A stretch of DNA of 64,000 nt from Takakia lepidozioides (GCA_030704615.1 CM060731.1:32364001-32428000), one strand, 5' to 3'; shown: positions 48,723 to 61,988, numbered from the stretch's first letter. Notes: generated by a model from the sequence alone, not told the origin. Program-made: numbers and translations.

Positions 48723-51700
48723 GTGTGGAAGGAAGTGGAGAGTCCTTCCAGGAACATACCGTGTGTCCTTGGAAAAGAGAGAAGACAATCAGCAGGATCA
48801 GTCGTTACCCCTGGCACTGCAGCATCGGTCGTGCAACAGAAGGGCACAGTTCCTGTGAAACAAGAGGTGAGCACATCCACTACCTTCGTTACTCTTTCGG
48901 ACTCGTCCTCGGAGGATGTTTCTGAGATTCCTCCGCCAGTGCAAACTCCCTTATTGGATGATGACGAATTGCGCGAGATAACAAGTGTCATTCCAAAATT
49001 GAAAGCCCTCAGGTGTGCCTGGGTGCAAGAGCGAGCTACGTTTTGTTGATTGGGAGTCCCTTCCAGTGCAACGTGTTCAATACGTGCCAGCTCAGTTTGA
49101 TGGGGACATCTTGTTTGAGCTCAACCCTCCCACGTCTTCCAGTGGACTGGCTGGGCTTCTGCAGGGCATGGACAAGAAACATGACGGACATCCTTGGTGC
49201 AGGACAAAAACTTCGAACATCCATAACGACATTGGCTTGAAATTTCGGAGGTCGGTTTGCGTTGGGCATTGCAAGTGCCTGAATATTTCTTGCCCTCGGC
49301 TGAGAAACAGCGCTCAGCCAAACGAAAGTGAGTGGGAAGGTGTGCCCCTGAATCCTTTCACCCCAGGGCTTGCACCTCCCAATACCAATACTTTTGTGTG
49401 CAGGTTCTGCAAACTTTCCCCGTCCTGTGTTTCTGTTTGCCACGCTCGTATGTATCAGGTGGCACATCGATGCAAGACAATGACTCGTGCCTGCATTCAT
49501 ATGGGTGCACACGAGCATCCTGTGTCCAAAGGGAGTTGCAGGGATAGCGGACATCGCTAGAAATCTACTGAAGCAAGTTCCATAATGCCCCTTCTGCAAC
49601 ACCTTCTGCTATAGCGCTTGCAGCTAGCAAGGCATTCCTGGAAAAACACATACTGGGTGAAGGGGATTCGACACAGCCAATGCTGGATGCAGATTCCCTT
49701 GAGGCAGTCATGGACCATTTCTCCGTGTTGAGCTCTCCCAATATTCGAAACCAGGTGAATGCACTCAGAATGGGCACAGGCACTGCTGGATTCATGGACA
49801 ACATTATGGACCTCAAACGGAGGAGTCGCTATGAATTCATTCAAAACAGTATGTTCCCTGGCCAGGGCTCGTCCAAAGTGTATTTGTTCAAGATGTCCGC
49901 TGTGGGCCAAGGCAGTGGTGTGAGCATTGTCCGCCGAATGCAACCTGGAGGAGATTTGGCTAAATGTTGGTTAATGTTTGATCACTGCAAAACGGGTGAG
50001 GGTTGGACAACCATGGCGTGCCATGTGTATGATCCAGCGTACCGTGTGCTCTCCATAGCAATTTGTGATATGCAGTCGGAGGACACTGAATCCCAGATGC
50101 TCATGTGGAAGTCCCTCCTGACCGTCATGCAGCGCAATGGAATACAGAACACAAACTTTGCGGGCTTCATGGCTGATAGTGCACAGGCAAATTTCAATGC
50201 AGTGCGGCGCGTGTTTGGTTCTGGGGATCCTAAGGTCCCCATGGAAAATAGGGAGCGCACATGCCTCTTCCATTGGAGTCAATCTCTGGCACGTCATACA
50301 AAGCGCTGCATTCGCCCTGACCTTCAGTTGGAGCATAGAAGGCTCTGTCTGAAGTACAAGAATGCCACCTCAATGGGAGAAGCAGAGAGCACTTACCAGG
50401 CAATCCGGGCTTGGTGGTTCTCCGCTGGTGCTGCTACAGGTATCCACCTGAAGGAGTTGGAGGACTGGTTGGTTTTCTGGCACTTCAGGTACAGACAGTG
50501 GGGAGCTTTCATGACGACGGTAAGCCTCACAAGTTTTCCTTAAACACAAATTGCACTTTGCATCGTGCCTGTTCATTTGGGGTTGTTCGATTGTCACTTG
50601 AATAACCCTCTACCATTTCTTTTCCTTCCTCACATTTCCATGCAATGCCTCCTGCAGGACATGTCCTTGGAGGACTTGGCCGACATGCCATCGTGTAATT
50701 TGGCAGAGACTGTTCACAACGCCTGGATGCAACAGTCTACCAAAGCAGGTCGTGACTTGTATGTGGCCACTGCTGATGACATGGTGCGGGCACTTACACA
50801 ACAAACCAGGTACCGCAATTTTCTGATGGGACGGGGTGGAGGGAAGGGCCCCGATTCGACTTTGTTGATGCTAAGGGCTGCGAGTAGGTCCGGAGACCCG
50901 TCAAAGATGGCCAGAGCTCTAAACAGGTGCACTGAAGGTTCCCCTCTGCAATCCAGGCTCCCCCATTTGGAAGGCGAGGAAAGATTTGGATCATGCAAAA
51001 GGAAATTAAACACTCTTCCAGGGTCAGATGGAGATTCCCATAGGCCAGACAGGGTCAATTTCTCTGTGCCAAAGGTGTCTCCAGTGCAGACTAAGTCCTG
51101 TGCCGGCCCCTTCCCAGGTGGGTCCTCCTCCTGTGGAGCAGGTGCGGAACATGCAAGCATAGCAGCGGAAATCCCATTGGAGGAGGTGGTGGCCATGGTG
51201 CAGGAATCTGATTGCATTGATAGTGACTGGCATATAGAACGCACCCCACCAGGATCTAGAGTGGCTTGCATGGCAATTCGGACCCCCTCTTTCAAGAAAT
51301 GCAAATCAAAAATATGCAAAGGCTCCAGGGGGACTCCAGCTCCAACATTCACAGGGTTGTTCCGACCTTATCATAGGGGAGTCAAAAGAGCACAAGTTTT
51401 GGTTGCCCAGACGATATGGCACGATGCGTGAAGGGAACAGTTCGTCCTTCCGTGATAATGAAGCCCCCTCCCCCCGCAATTTGGCCTGTGCAAATTGGGA
51501 CATCGCTGTCCTCAACCGAGATAAGCATGCTGGAGGAGGGAGGGTTTTGTCTTGCACGGTCCCGGGTGGTGCCCTTATGCACTGTCGGCACAGATGTGCC
51601 ACATGCTCCGACAATGCCTCCACCCGGTGCCAACTCCCACCCAACAAAAAGAGATGGAAAAACAGTGCGCCGTGTTGCTTCGGGTGCAGATCACGAATGC

Positions 51701-52058
51701 AAGATGGAATCGGCTAGAATTTGCAGGCTTCTCGTATCACCGAAGTCCCTTCCCCGGGGTATGGACGGATTTACACAGTGCTGTCAATTGGCTCAGTTCT
51801 TCATGCCAAAGAATATCAAGTTACCATTGGGAATTTCCCATCGTGCACTGTCCGGATTTTGTAACGATGCGTGAGGGCGCTCTCGGCATGAGAGGGAAGT
51901 GGGTCCCCTGCAAGCATCAATATTACATATACCTTGTAATTATGTGTTGCGACGGTAAGAGAGACCAATTCATTCACCAAGCCACACTAGGCTACGGAGA
52001 AGTCATCACCCTTCTGCAGCGGGACACCTCGCGTAGAGCTCCGCCAACTTCTCTTTGA
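48723..52058 (+). pseudogene. MULE2 Mutator-like DDE transposase with N-terminal Cys/His (GCM/WRKY-like) region and C-terminal SWIM finger; several frameshifts, intron ~50520-50657
   Basis: WLMFD, FMADSAQANFNAVRRVFG, CLFH (CxxH), CNLAETVHNAW (third acidic residue), CPDF...PCKHQYYIY. Confidence 0.82.
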
Positions 52059-52477
52059 ACACATACGAGCCATGCCCGCTTCCCATGCTGGTTTCCAGGT
52101 TGCCGTGTGAAGACTTTTCATTTTATGACAAACATATACATTTCGTTCACTTGTGAGGGCAAATGCACTTGCGATTCATTGTAAGCGTCTCTCTGTGAAT
52201 TGAAATAAACTGTGTCAATCATTCTGAGCTCAAATCTGACATGTTTACATATTCCTCTTTTTTGGCACGCATTGCAGACATGGTGCATGGTGGCCTCCTT
52301 TGTTTTGTCCACGGTAATAGGCCCTCTTCCTGCAATCCTCGCCTATAGGACCTGCTTCTCCAGCAGATTCATGCCGCTCACGCTTCCCTGAAGCGTGAGC
52401 TCAGCTCACGCTTCAAGGCTTGAACGTGAGCTCAGCTCCCAGGCTCACGGGGCTGGGCTCACGCCGTAGCTACGCTG

Positions 52478-54846
52478 TCCACAAAGTGTCGGGCAACATG
52501 AAGAAGGCAAATGGTGCAATTCTGAATCCTACCAAGACTGGCCGTGGTGGGAAGACAATGATGGAAGCACGCTTGGTAAGTGGCATCATCACGACTCTGT
52601 ATTTTGTTCCACATTGAATTGTTATGTGTATATAGTCAGCCCTCACATTGCTTACTGACTTGTGGCATGGATTAATTTGTAGGAAACACTATCAGGGTGC
52701 CCTCCTACATTATATGAAATTCAAGAGGGTTCAGTGTCACGGTTGTCAGTTGGGAGAGACAGGCGGGTAAGTGTGTTTTCCATGTTTGCTAGAGTGGTTG
52801 CTGCATCATAGGTTGCTAGGGTTTTTTTCACGGCTTTTGGCCTGGGTTTTCTTTCCAATGGTTGTTCATGCTAGGTTTTTTTGGTTTGATTCATACTTGG
52901 GCAAGTTTTCATGGATTGGCAGGAGGGAAGTCTTGCATATTCTACAGTAGTTGGCAGGATGGATGGCTTGAACAAACTGGTGGAATCACAAGGACGTGAC
53001 ATGGCATAATTAATATTACAGATGCAGAGTATGATTGAATACCAGAAAGCCATTGTGACCAGATTGGGGATTAATCTACCAGGCGCAGGACCAGTGATAT
53101 CTACGATGGATACGTCTGCTGTGACAGTATCAAAATGTTTGGAATCCCAATTTCAGACGGTAACTGGTGCTCACTCTAAGCCCTTATGTCTTCCTGTCAC
53201 TGATGATCTTTGAATTTGACTGAGCAGCAGCAGGATACAGGGAAGGCCAGCTGTGAGGTACACGTGGAAATTCAGCCCTTGCCACGTACAAAGGCAGTAG
53301 CAGTCCAGGGGGCAATGGTGACAGAGCCACCGGGCACACCGGATTCTGGTATGCAGGTATGTGGGAGTTTAGATGGGGAGGAAGATGCAGACGGGGACAA
53401 AACAAACAAGCAGGTTGCTTTAATTTCTCCTGCTCATATGTTGAAGCCAAATGTCAGTTTACTTCCTGGACCAACAAGGAAGCATTTACTAATTCTAGAC
53501 TTAAATGATCTGTTATGTGAATCTTTTCATTCTACTAATGGGCCTGCATCCCTTCCCAAAGGATTTGTGGGGAAGATGTGTGGCAAGAAGATGGTAGTTT
53601 TGAGACCACGCTGTTATGACTTTTTGCAAAAGTGTTTTGAACACTTTGAGGTGGTGGTGTGGTCTTGTTGCCAAGCTCGCAACTTCTTCCCAATGGTGGA
53701 CTATATTTTTGCAGCCCACACTAACCTGGTTTTCCAGTGGGATGCCCTTCACTGTGACGAGGATCCAGTCCTCCCATGCCGTAAGGGGTCTGATTCAAAG
53801 CCATTATATTCAAGAACTTGTCTACAGTGTGGGCAGACTGGCCAGAATGGACTTATGAGGACACTGTTCTTGTTGACGACACACCAAGAAAGGCGACAAA
53901 CAATCCTCCCTTCAGTGGGATTTTTCCAGAGCCATGGAAGGTGCAACCAGATTCACCAACTGATGAGTATCTAACAAAGGTGTTGTGGCCTTTCTTGTGG
54001 AAGCATCGAAAGCTGCCAGTATTCCCAAGTTTTTGGAGTCTCAGCCTGTTTTCGGACAACAACCATACAACACTGCTACTGTGAAGGTACAAACATTCTG
54101 ACAGTGCTCCAGAGGCTACATTTTTGTGGATTCATTCATTGCATTGCTTTCCTGGATGCTTCTCCTCGGTTGCTTGATTAATGCTAGGTTTTCTTTGCAG
54201 CTTTTCATGTTGGCTTTTTTTGTTTGATTCATACTTGGATTTTGTTTATTCACTATTCCTGTTTGCTCATTGCTTTCCTGGTTGTTCTCTGGTCTGTGAC
54301 ACAGGAACTTGTGACAAACAAAGGTGATATTGTCGACAAGCCGGTACAGACGAGGGGCAAAAGTGTCGACCCGGCGAGTAGCCCCCCAAAAGAGGTCTCA
54401 CCACCATTGGAGACTGCAAATGGAGTAAGTCCAGGCCGTTGTCTTGTTTGTTTATTTTTTCCAACCTTGGGGCTCTCTTTAACTCGCAAATGTTGAGTGT
54501 CTTAGTCGTGTGTATGTCATGGGTTTTCACATCGTGTTCTTTTTGTGTGGAGTTGGGATCACAGTTCAGGGTGGGTGACGAGGTTCGGCTGTTGGATGTG
54601 AACTCCAAACGCAAGAAATGTGGAGTAGGACTGATTGTTGCTCTTCAAGGTGCTGTGGTGGGTTACGGGTACCCTGCTGTGCCCCTTGATTATGCCTGTG
54701 TGTACATCAAAGAGGCATGTGTCAGTAACACCCCTCTACCATATGTGAATGGTGTTAGGAAACAGACCGAGTTGGGGCAGGTGGTTGGCCAGACAACACT
54801 TTGGAGTCTAAAGTTACTAAAACTTATGGAGCTGCGGAAGGGATAG
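52478..54846 (+). pseudogene. CACTA element 2 tnpA-like gene, 3' part
   Basis: In-frame continuation VSGNMKKANGAILNPTKTGRGG; terminal exon GDEVRLLD...VPLDYACVYI...PLPY...LGQVVGQTTLW resembles Tnp1/En/Spm C-terminal domains. Confidence 0.6.
53470..54010 (+). pseudogene. FCP1/NIF-family HAD phosphatase-like domain inside the CACTA element
   Basis: KHLLILDLNDLL, VLRPRCYDFLQKCFEHFEVVVWS, TVLVDDTPRKA; frameshift near 53810. Confidence 0.75.
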
Positions 54847-56059
54847 TCAGTATTGCACTGTTTAACAGAGTTCTTGATTCTAATAGCACTAGAACATACT
54901 AGCTACAACAATTCAACCCATGTGCGGGCTTGCTTGTTTTTGGCTGGGCCTTTTGAGGCATGGATTTTTTGACCTTGTGGCTTTTGAGGTGTCCATTGGG
55001 ATATTGGTCTCATTTGGATTTTTGTAATGTGATTTATAGGGCTTGTATTGCCCTGTAGTTGACTATTTTCATTCTCCTTGAGGTTGATAGTATGCAGGGG
55101 GATCCATTCTGTTTTCATGTTGGAATTTCACCATGTAATAAAAATTTTAAATCATTTAATTCACTTTCATTTTAAATAATAATATTAAAAATAATACCAT
55201 TAAAAAAAAATCCAAGGCTGCAATCTCCCTGTTCTTTTAAATATTAAATGAAAACTAAAAAAAAAATATGAACATTAAAAATATAAACTATTTCGGAAAA
55301 CAATCTTGATGACACGTGACATCACTCTTGTTCAAACCAGAACACGTGGCAGTATATGACACGACATTCTTTATCCATATTTTCACCACGTGTAAAGATC
55401 CGTAGTCATATATGCTAGTCATATATTTTGTCAGTGTGCCACATGTCACATCTCAAGTGCAACAGGTGTCCCGCTAACAACTCTCCATGTAGACATCCCT
55501 GTAGTCATATGAGCGAGTCATGTAGTCACCACATGTGAAATCTGCCATAACACACGTGTTTCGCTAGCGCCTCTCCATGTAGGCATCACTGTGCAGACAT
55601 GTAGTCATATGATCATGGCAAGAAGTCGTGACATGTCAAATTCGCAGTGGCGCACGTGTCCATCCGTCGCCTCTCCATGTAGGCATCACTTTGCAGACAT
55701 ATAGTCATATGATCCCCTGACGAATGCATGACGTGTCGCTTGCGCAGTGGCGCACGTGTCCCGCTGAAGCCTCTCCATGTAGGTAGCGCTCAACAGACAA
55801 TGTAGTCATATATTAGTCATATAGTTGTGACTGCAACCCTCTCTACAGCAGGACTCCAGGTGCCACGCAAGCAGTCATGGATATGACTTGCAAAACGCAG
55901 TCCTAAAGACTAGTCGCTATGACAGGGCTTTTTTCACTACAGAGTGATGTAGTCATGAACGCATATAAGACTGAAAAAATAGTCATATGTGAAGTCATAA
56001 AAACGCTCATCTGTTGTAGTGATGCTTAGGTGCACGACAGGGCGTATACAACATAACCA

Positions 56060-56480
56060 TACAGTCAAATGTACTCATTTTGCATCTGGCATACATGCCC
56101 ACGAGGGTATTGTGAAGAATGACACCGAGTGTAATTCCAGCGCTGACAACATCAATAACATGGATCGCTTTGACCTTTTCTAGGGCTGTTGTAGGCTTGT
56201 ACACACATTACAAACACAAACAAATATGACCTGGTCTAGCTTCAACCCTTCTTACATCATTTGTTGATCATAGGTCTCCAAAGCCTCCATCCCACACCCC
56301 TGGTGCGCACATCCTGCAATCATCACGTGCCACATTTTGTTTAGTTACATTGGACCAATTGCCCCCTTCGCATCCTCAATGCTCCCACATATGACATACA
56401 CTTTCATTAGGGCAACATTCATAACGACATCTGGTACATTCCAGCGTTGATGATGTTCCCATGGACAGTTTGTCATTTTC
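56060..56480 (-). pseudogene. degraded PPR remnant
   Basis: NTLVGMYARC and decayed copies of the same PPR repeats seen at 57400-58200. Confidence 0.6.
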
Positions 56481-56829
56481 CAAGGATGCCATACTTACAC
56501 ACGCATGCACCTAATTTCCAGCTTACAGGACTTCTATCTTGCTGCAGCTATCCCTGCCTCAGACATAATGGTAAGATAAACCCTACCAAGCATGTACATG
56601 AGTCTAACCCCAAATTTAGCCTTAGAAAACTCTTGATAGGAATGTAAATATGATCCTGAGGTCTAGTCAGTACTTCCTGTTGCTGTGAGATATTTGTCAA
56701 AGCATCTGTGGCACACATCCAAGGCTATGAGAGACATATCAGGGCCGTGGCAGCTCATGCAAGAGGAGAAGTTTCGCGCAACCTGCAGGTTGCGAAATTT
56801 GTTAAATACAGGCTCTGCAAAACCCATTG

Positions 56830-59800
56830 CCTCTCAGCTCAGCATGGATATCCTTAATTCTGGGATGCAACTTGTCATCTACAACGACACCCTCTTGCTA
56901 ACCTCAATGCAGCAGCGACCTGGCTCCTTTCTAACCCCTCTGACCTTCATCATTCTTCTCACATTTGCAGTATCATCCCACCTGTCAGGCTGTAGCATAG
57001 ATGTTTGATAGCAACACATAAGTCGCTGCATCCTGTTCATCCCACTTGAGGATAGATGTTGCCGCACGTTCAGCCATCTCCACATTGCCATGGATTCTAC
57101 ATGCACCAAAACAAGGCCTTCCACATCACAACATCTCGATTGATTGGTATTTTATTGATCAGGTCCACTGCCTCATCCAGTTGTCGCGCACATCCAAGAA
57201 GGTCCACCATGCAGCCAAAGTGCTTTACTGTTGGAGTGACACCATGATCTTGACTCAGGGAATCGAAGTCTTTCTTCATTCAGTAGGCCAGTGTGGTTCC
57301 ATGCAGAGAACACATATAAAGGTTCAAGCCGTTCTTTTGCATTCCTTCAAATAGTTGCAGGACCTCCCTATGACAACCATGCTGGGCATATCCTGCGATC
57401 ATCGCATTCCACGACACTACATTTCATTCAGCCATATTGTCAAATACTCCCTTTGCATCCTCGATGCACCCACATTTCACATACATGTCCACCAGGGCAG
57501 TATCCAGAATGACATTTGGTACAATTCCAGCTTTGATGATGTCCCCATGTACCTCTTTGCCCTTTTCCAGGGCTGCCAGGCTTGCACAAGCATTGCAAAC
57601 ACACACACAACATGATGTGGTTGCACTTCCTCCCTTCCCCCATCATTTGCTCATAGGTCTCCAAGGCCTCCATCCCGCGCCCCTGTTGTGCATATCCTGC
57701 AAGCATGGCGTTCCATGACACCAAATCTCGTTCAGCCATATTGTTGAACACTCCTCCGCATCCTCAATGCTCCCACACATTTGGCAACATTCCACGAGGG
57801 TATTGTTTATAATCACATCTGGTACAATTCCAGCTTTGGCGATGCAACCATGCACCTCTTTGTCCTTTTCCAGGACTGCCAGGCTTGCACATGCACTGCA
57901 AACGCACACAAACGTGATGTGGTCAGGCTTCACCCCTTCCCCCATCATTTGCTTATAGGTCTCCAAAGCCTCCATGCCGCGCCCCTGCTGTGCATACCCT
58001 GCAAGCATCGCCTTCCATGACACCACATCTCGTTCAGCCATAGTGCTAAAAACTCCCTTCGCATCCTTAATGCACCCACATTTGGCATACATGTCCACCA
58101 AGGCAGTGTTCAGGATGACGCCTGGTACAATTCCAGCTTGCCTTTGCATCCTTGATGCACCCATATTTGACATACATGTCCACCAGGGCAGTGTTCAAAA
58201 TGACATCTTGTACAATCCAGCTTTGACGATGTCACCATAGGTCTCCAACGCATTCCTACCACACCCATGCTTAGTAAATCCTGCCAACATTATATTCCAC
58301 GTGATCAAAGATCATTGAGGCATTCTGTTGAACAATTGGTGAGCATCCATCATGCTCCCGCACTTAACATACATGTTGAGAATGGTATTGAGTAGAATGT
58401 GGACTCCCTCTCTTGATCCTGTTCCAGAAGTTGTGCTCATGGTTGAGGTGCCTGATTTTATCAACTGTTTCGCTGCAGCTGCTGCCTTTTAGTTGACCAT
58501 CCACCCATGCAGGTTTCTTGTAGCTATTGATCTGCATGGAATCATATGTAATCTTGTGCTTGAAATTTGGTCCTCTTGGATGAATCTGGACCCACATTCT
58601 ATCCCCGCTCCTTCAGCTATCCATGCCTCTGCACAAATCATGCATTCGTCCTTGCTGCTAGCAGCTGACGATGACAGCCTAGATTTGTTCTAGGAGACAC
58701 ACAACTCAGCTCAACACACTAGTTCCTACGCTGAATTGCATCTGCTACTCTCTATAATCTAACAGACATTCATCTTTTGGCCTCGGTTGTCCCACCATTG
58801 ACTGGGGTCAGAAAAGTAGTCATTGTTAAGATTGATCATGTCTAGGTAAATAAAGATGTTAATGGATCATTGATATATATTGAAAGTGTGTTTGATAGTT
58901 TGAATGCAATATAAATTGGTTTGTGGAAATCTGGCCAATATGCTTCTGTCACACCAGATTCACATTCATTTCCAAGGACATTTGCCCATATGTGGTCTAG
59001 TTGAGATCCGACTTTTGTCGTGCTTTCACTAAACTGTGACTTTAATTTGAATTTATCCATGAAATCCAACAGTTGTTGTAGTTTTTTGCATGGTTTTTGT
59101 CTTCTAAAATGTCAACATTAAAATCTCCCAAAATGATAATTGGACAATATTTGGGCGAATTTTGTATTAGAGCTTCAAGTTTGTTTAGGAACGTAGAAAA
59201 TGTACATGAATGAGCTCTATAAACACATACAATATGTATTGCTTTTCGTGGATTGGTATTGAATGTGGCTGCTATGAATTCTGAGCCATTACTGGTTGTT
59301 GTATTGAAAGAGTTTAAGTTCATATGTATGTCATACATCATCATTAACCCATGACCGTCATGGATTGAAACATATGAATACTTAGATGAATCTATGAATT
59401 TGTGCACATCGGTTGAGGAGTGGTGTATTCATGTTTCTATAAGACATAAGATGTGAGACATTTGGAGGTTATGATCATGGTTAATGTCTTCATAATGCTG
59501 CCGTAGAGAAGTTGTATTTAAGGCTTGTATAATTACATGAGAATGAGGCAAGGTTTTTAATTGAGGAATATATGGTTTCCAAGTTGCAAGTTGTTTTATC
59601 TTTTCATTTTGTATGTACCATGGATCCACTAGAAGTTTTCATGTTTGGAGATGAGCCAACAAAAATAGTTTTTCTTTTGTTCGAATGCGAGACAAAGTTG
59701 TATACGTTAGACCATGTTTTTTGATATGGTAGGATCAAAGACTAGTTCATCCAGTGACAATCCTTGCGAGCGATGTATTGTTCTTATTGCTGCAAGTTGA

Positions 59801-61010
59801 ATTGGAAATTGTATTCTTGTTATGGTATGTGATTGTGTTTTACCGACTCTTATATCTTTGATAATAGGTTCAACTGGTGTCCATTGAGATTCAATATCAT
59901 TAGTGAACAAATAATTAAATTTTTCTCTTGTTAGTATTCCAATCTTAGAGTTTTGAAACGTTATCCATATTATGGTTTTGTCACAATATGTTGTTGATGC
60001 TTTAAATACGACGTCAGCTCCATTCACAAGACCATCAGATGTTGTGTAAATTCCAGCACATAATTCTACCAACATATTTTTTTTGATATGAATTGCAGAA
60101 TGCAAACCTGCGGTTTTGCTTGGATCGTTTGGAAGTTTGTAAGATAACGGACATGATGAGTGATTAATGTCCGTTGCTTTGAAAACAAATGTGGGACCTG
60201 ATGTATTAGCGAACACAATTTCATTGTGTTTTCGTACGAATATATTTGTATAAAATAAATATGGAATGGTGAGATCTTTGGGTGGTTGTCGATAACAAAT
60301 TGAATTTATAAATTGTATATCTTCTATAGTTTGTACTGATGTACGGAATGGATACTTTCCTGCTGCCACATTGGCAGAAACTTGTCAAAGTCATCCCAAA
60401 CCACCCCAAATCCACCCTACGACCTAACTTACAGAATTCAATATACATCTCAAGGCCGAGTCTGATGAGAGGGCAAAACAGGCTGAAATAGGTTGAAGAA
60501 GAAGGTGCCCTCACCACATTGTCCTTGACCTTGTGTCATGACCCATGGAGGATTTGACCGACCATCAACCCAAAAGGACCTCTTGTGTGTGCTGTTTGTG
60601 TCTGTAGTTAGATAATGTAGGTTTGGTCTGTGCGAACCACCACGGTGCAGCTGAGCAGACAGAGATTGAAATACGGCCTGCTAAGACCAAGCTGACTCTC
60701 CCAAGAACCTTACAAACATCAGGAAGAATACCAAATCATGGTACTAATAGGAGCAAAGAGCCCACATTTGCAGGATGGACAAACTTCTTCACATCGTACA
60801 TTAAGAAAAAACCACACCTTGCAATTGCGGTTGTCCCACCATTGTGAAGGATCTTTAAAAAACTCATGCCAGCTCTGCTCCGTGCTCCAAGGTAGAGGTT
60901 TGTGCTTGGCTGTGGGAGCCCACCCTAAAGCTCCACAATGCGCCTGGAAAAGAGGAAGATGGAGCTGCAGACATGTAATCGGGTAATTCGGAGTGATTTG
61001 TAACAACGAC
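56830..61010 (-). pseudogene. PLS-class PPR gene with E/E+ motifs and N-terminal OSB-type PDF motifs; frameshifted, interrupted by a Helitron fragment
   Basis: NTALVDMYAKCG, SWNAMLAGYAQQG, HFGCMVDLLG, GVRKEPGRCCIEV, DDKLHPRIKDIHAEL; upstream DPSQWWDNR and PRGPNFKHK...KPAWVDGQL. Confidence 0.8.
58842..60348 (-). mobile_element. Helitron fragment: C-terminal PIF1 helicase followed by an AP-type endonuclease
   Basis: DGLVNGA, RIQFPIQLA, TIHRSQGLSLD, YTTLSRIR; ILCLIET, IILGDFNVD, SQLDHIW, DFHKPIY; sharply AT-rich. Confidence 0.85.
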
Positions 61011-61988
61011 CAGGTAGCAACGGAGCAACAGCCGTCGGAGTCTCAAGTGCGCGGGTTTGACCTCGGAAATTGGCGCCGTAACAAAACGAAACGAACCGAA
61101 CGACGAGTGAGAGAGAAAGTGAGCCTATTCTTGCCTATGCTGAAACCAGTTCTGACTTTGTCGTCAATGGAATTTTATTTTTTTAGCATATTATACATTT
61201 TTAGTTTTAAAGATATTTATCCCTTTAAGCTGAAAATTGAAAATTAACAAACTGAGTCTCCATTTCTTCAGAGTTAGTCAGACATTTTGTTTTCTTTTTT
61301 CCTTTTTTTTAGTTAACAGGGGAATTGAAGCCCTAATATTTATTATAAATTATTGTGGGGAAAAATTTAAAACCCCTACAGTATTACACCATAAGTTTTT
61401 TTGGATATTGAGCAAAATCAAAGAATGATTATTAGCAGATACATATGCTCAATGCTAGGCATTCAAGGCAGGACCTTTCAAAAACTTACACAAATGCGAG
61501 CTTTTGACATTTCTAGAATCTTGGTTGATGGAGGTCGTCTTTTGGAATTTCAAAAAACATTTCTACAAATTTTTCGGAGTTTTTGAAAAAAGGGGAAAAA
61601 AACTTGCATTTTTGTACACAATATGTTCTTAGCTGGAATTTCTACATAGAAGAAAATGAATTAATATGTGTGGAACCATAGGGCCTGTGGGTTCCGAAAA
61701 TGCTTAGCAGAGGTGCAAGAAACAGGTTATTAGAGCAAACTTTAACTAGCCTGGGTGTATCCTTCTCCTTTCTTCCACAAAATAACCGGAAATTTCTCTA
61801 TCCGCAAGATTATCTGAGATGTTGGAGCGGCTGTTTCTGGCAGATGGCACCCGACCACATTGATGATGATGATGAAAACTTTGGATTGTATATAGCGAGC
61901 CTACCCAATTGGAATGCTTCTCCTTTTCCAGCCCAAGGTTTTGTCTTTGTCGTCCGCCAAAAGAGATCAATAAGTTAGGTAAAAAGGA

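Larger units (their letters stand above)
37046..52477. mobile_element. MULE2: complete ~15.4-kb Mutator-like element with short degenerate TIRs
   Basis: 9-bp TSD TCCACAAAG at 37037-37045 and 52478-52486; ends GGGGGGTGCTATTCCGTGAGCC and (reverse complement) CAGCGTAGCTACGGCGTGAGCC, with clustered CGTGAGC motifs; removing it restores the tnpA frame FHK-VSGNMKKAN. Confidence 0.93.
27958..56021. mobile_element. complete CACTA element 2 (28 kb including nested MULE2)
   Basis: TIRs CACTACAAGAGATGAGCGTTTTTAGGACT and CACTACAACAGATGAGCGTTTTTATGACT (27/29 match); 3-bp TSD ATG at 27955-27957 and 56022-56024; AGTCAT subterminal motifs at both ends. Confidence 0.95.

Noticed and set aside
56600-56830. DYW deaminase domain after the PPR E+ region
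   Set aside because: No HSE, CxDCH or DYW-like motifs recognisable downstream of HPRIKDIHAEL
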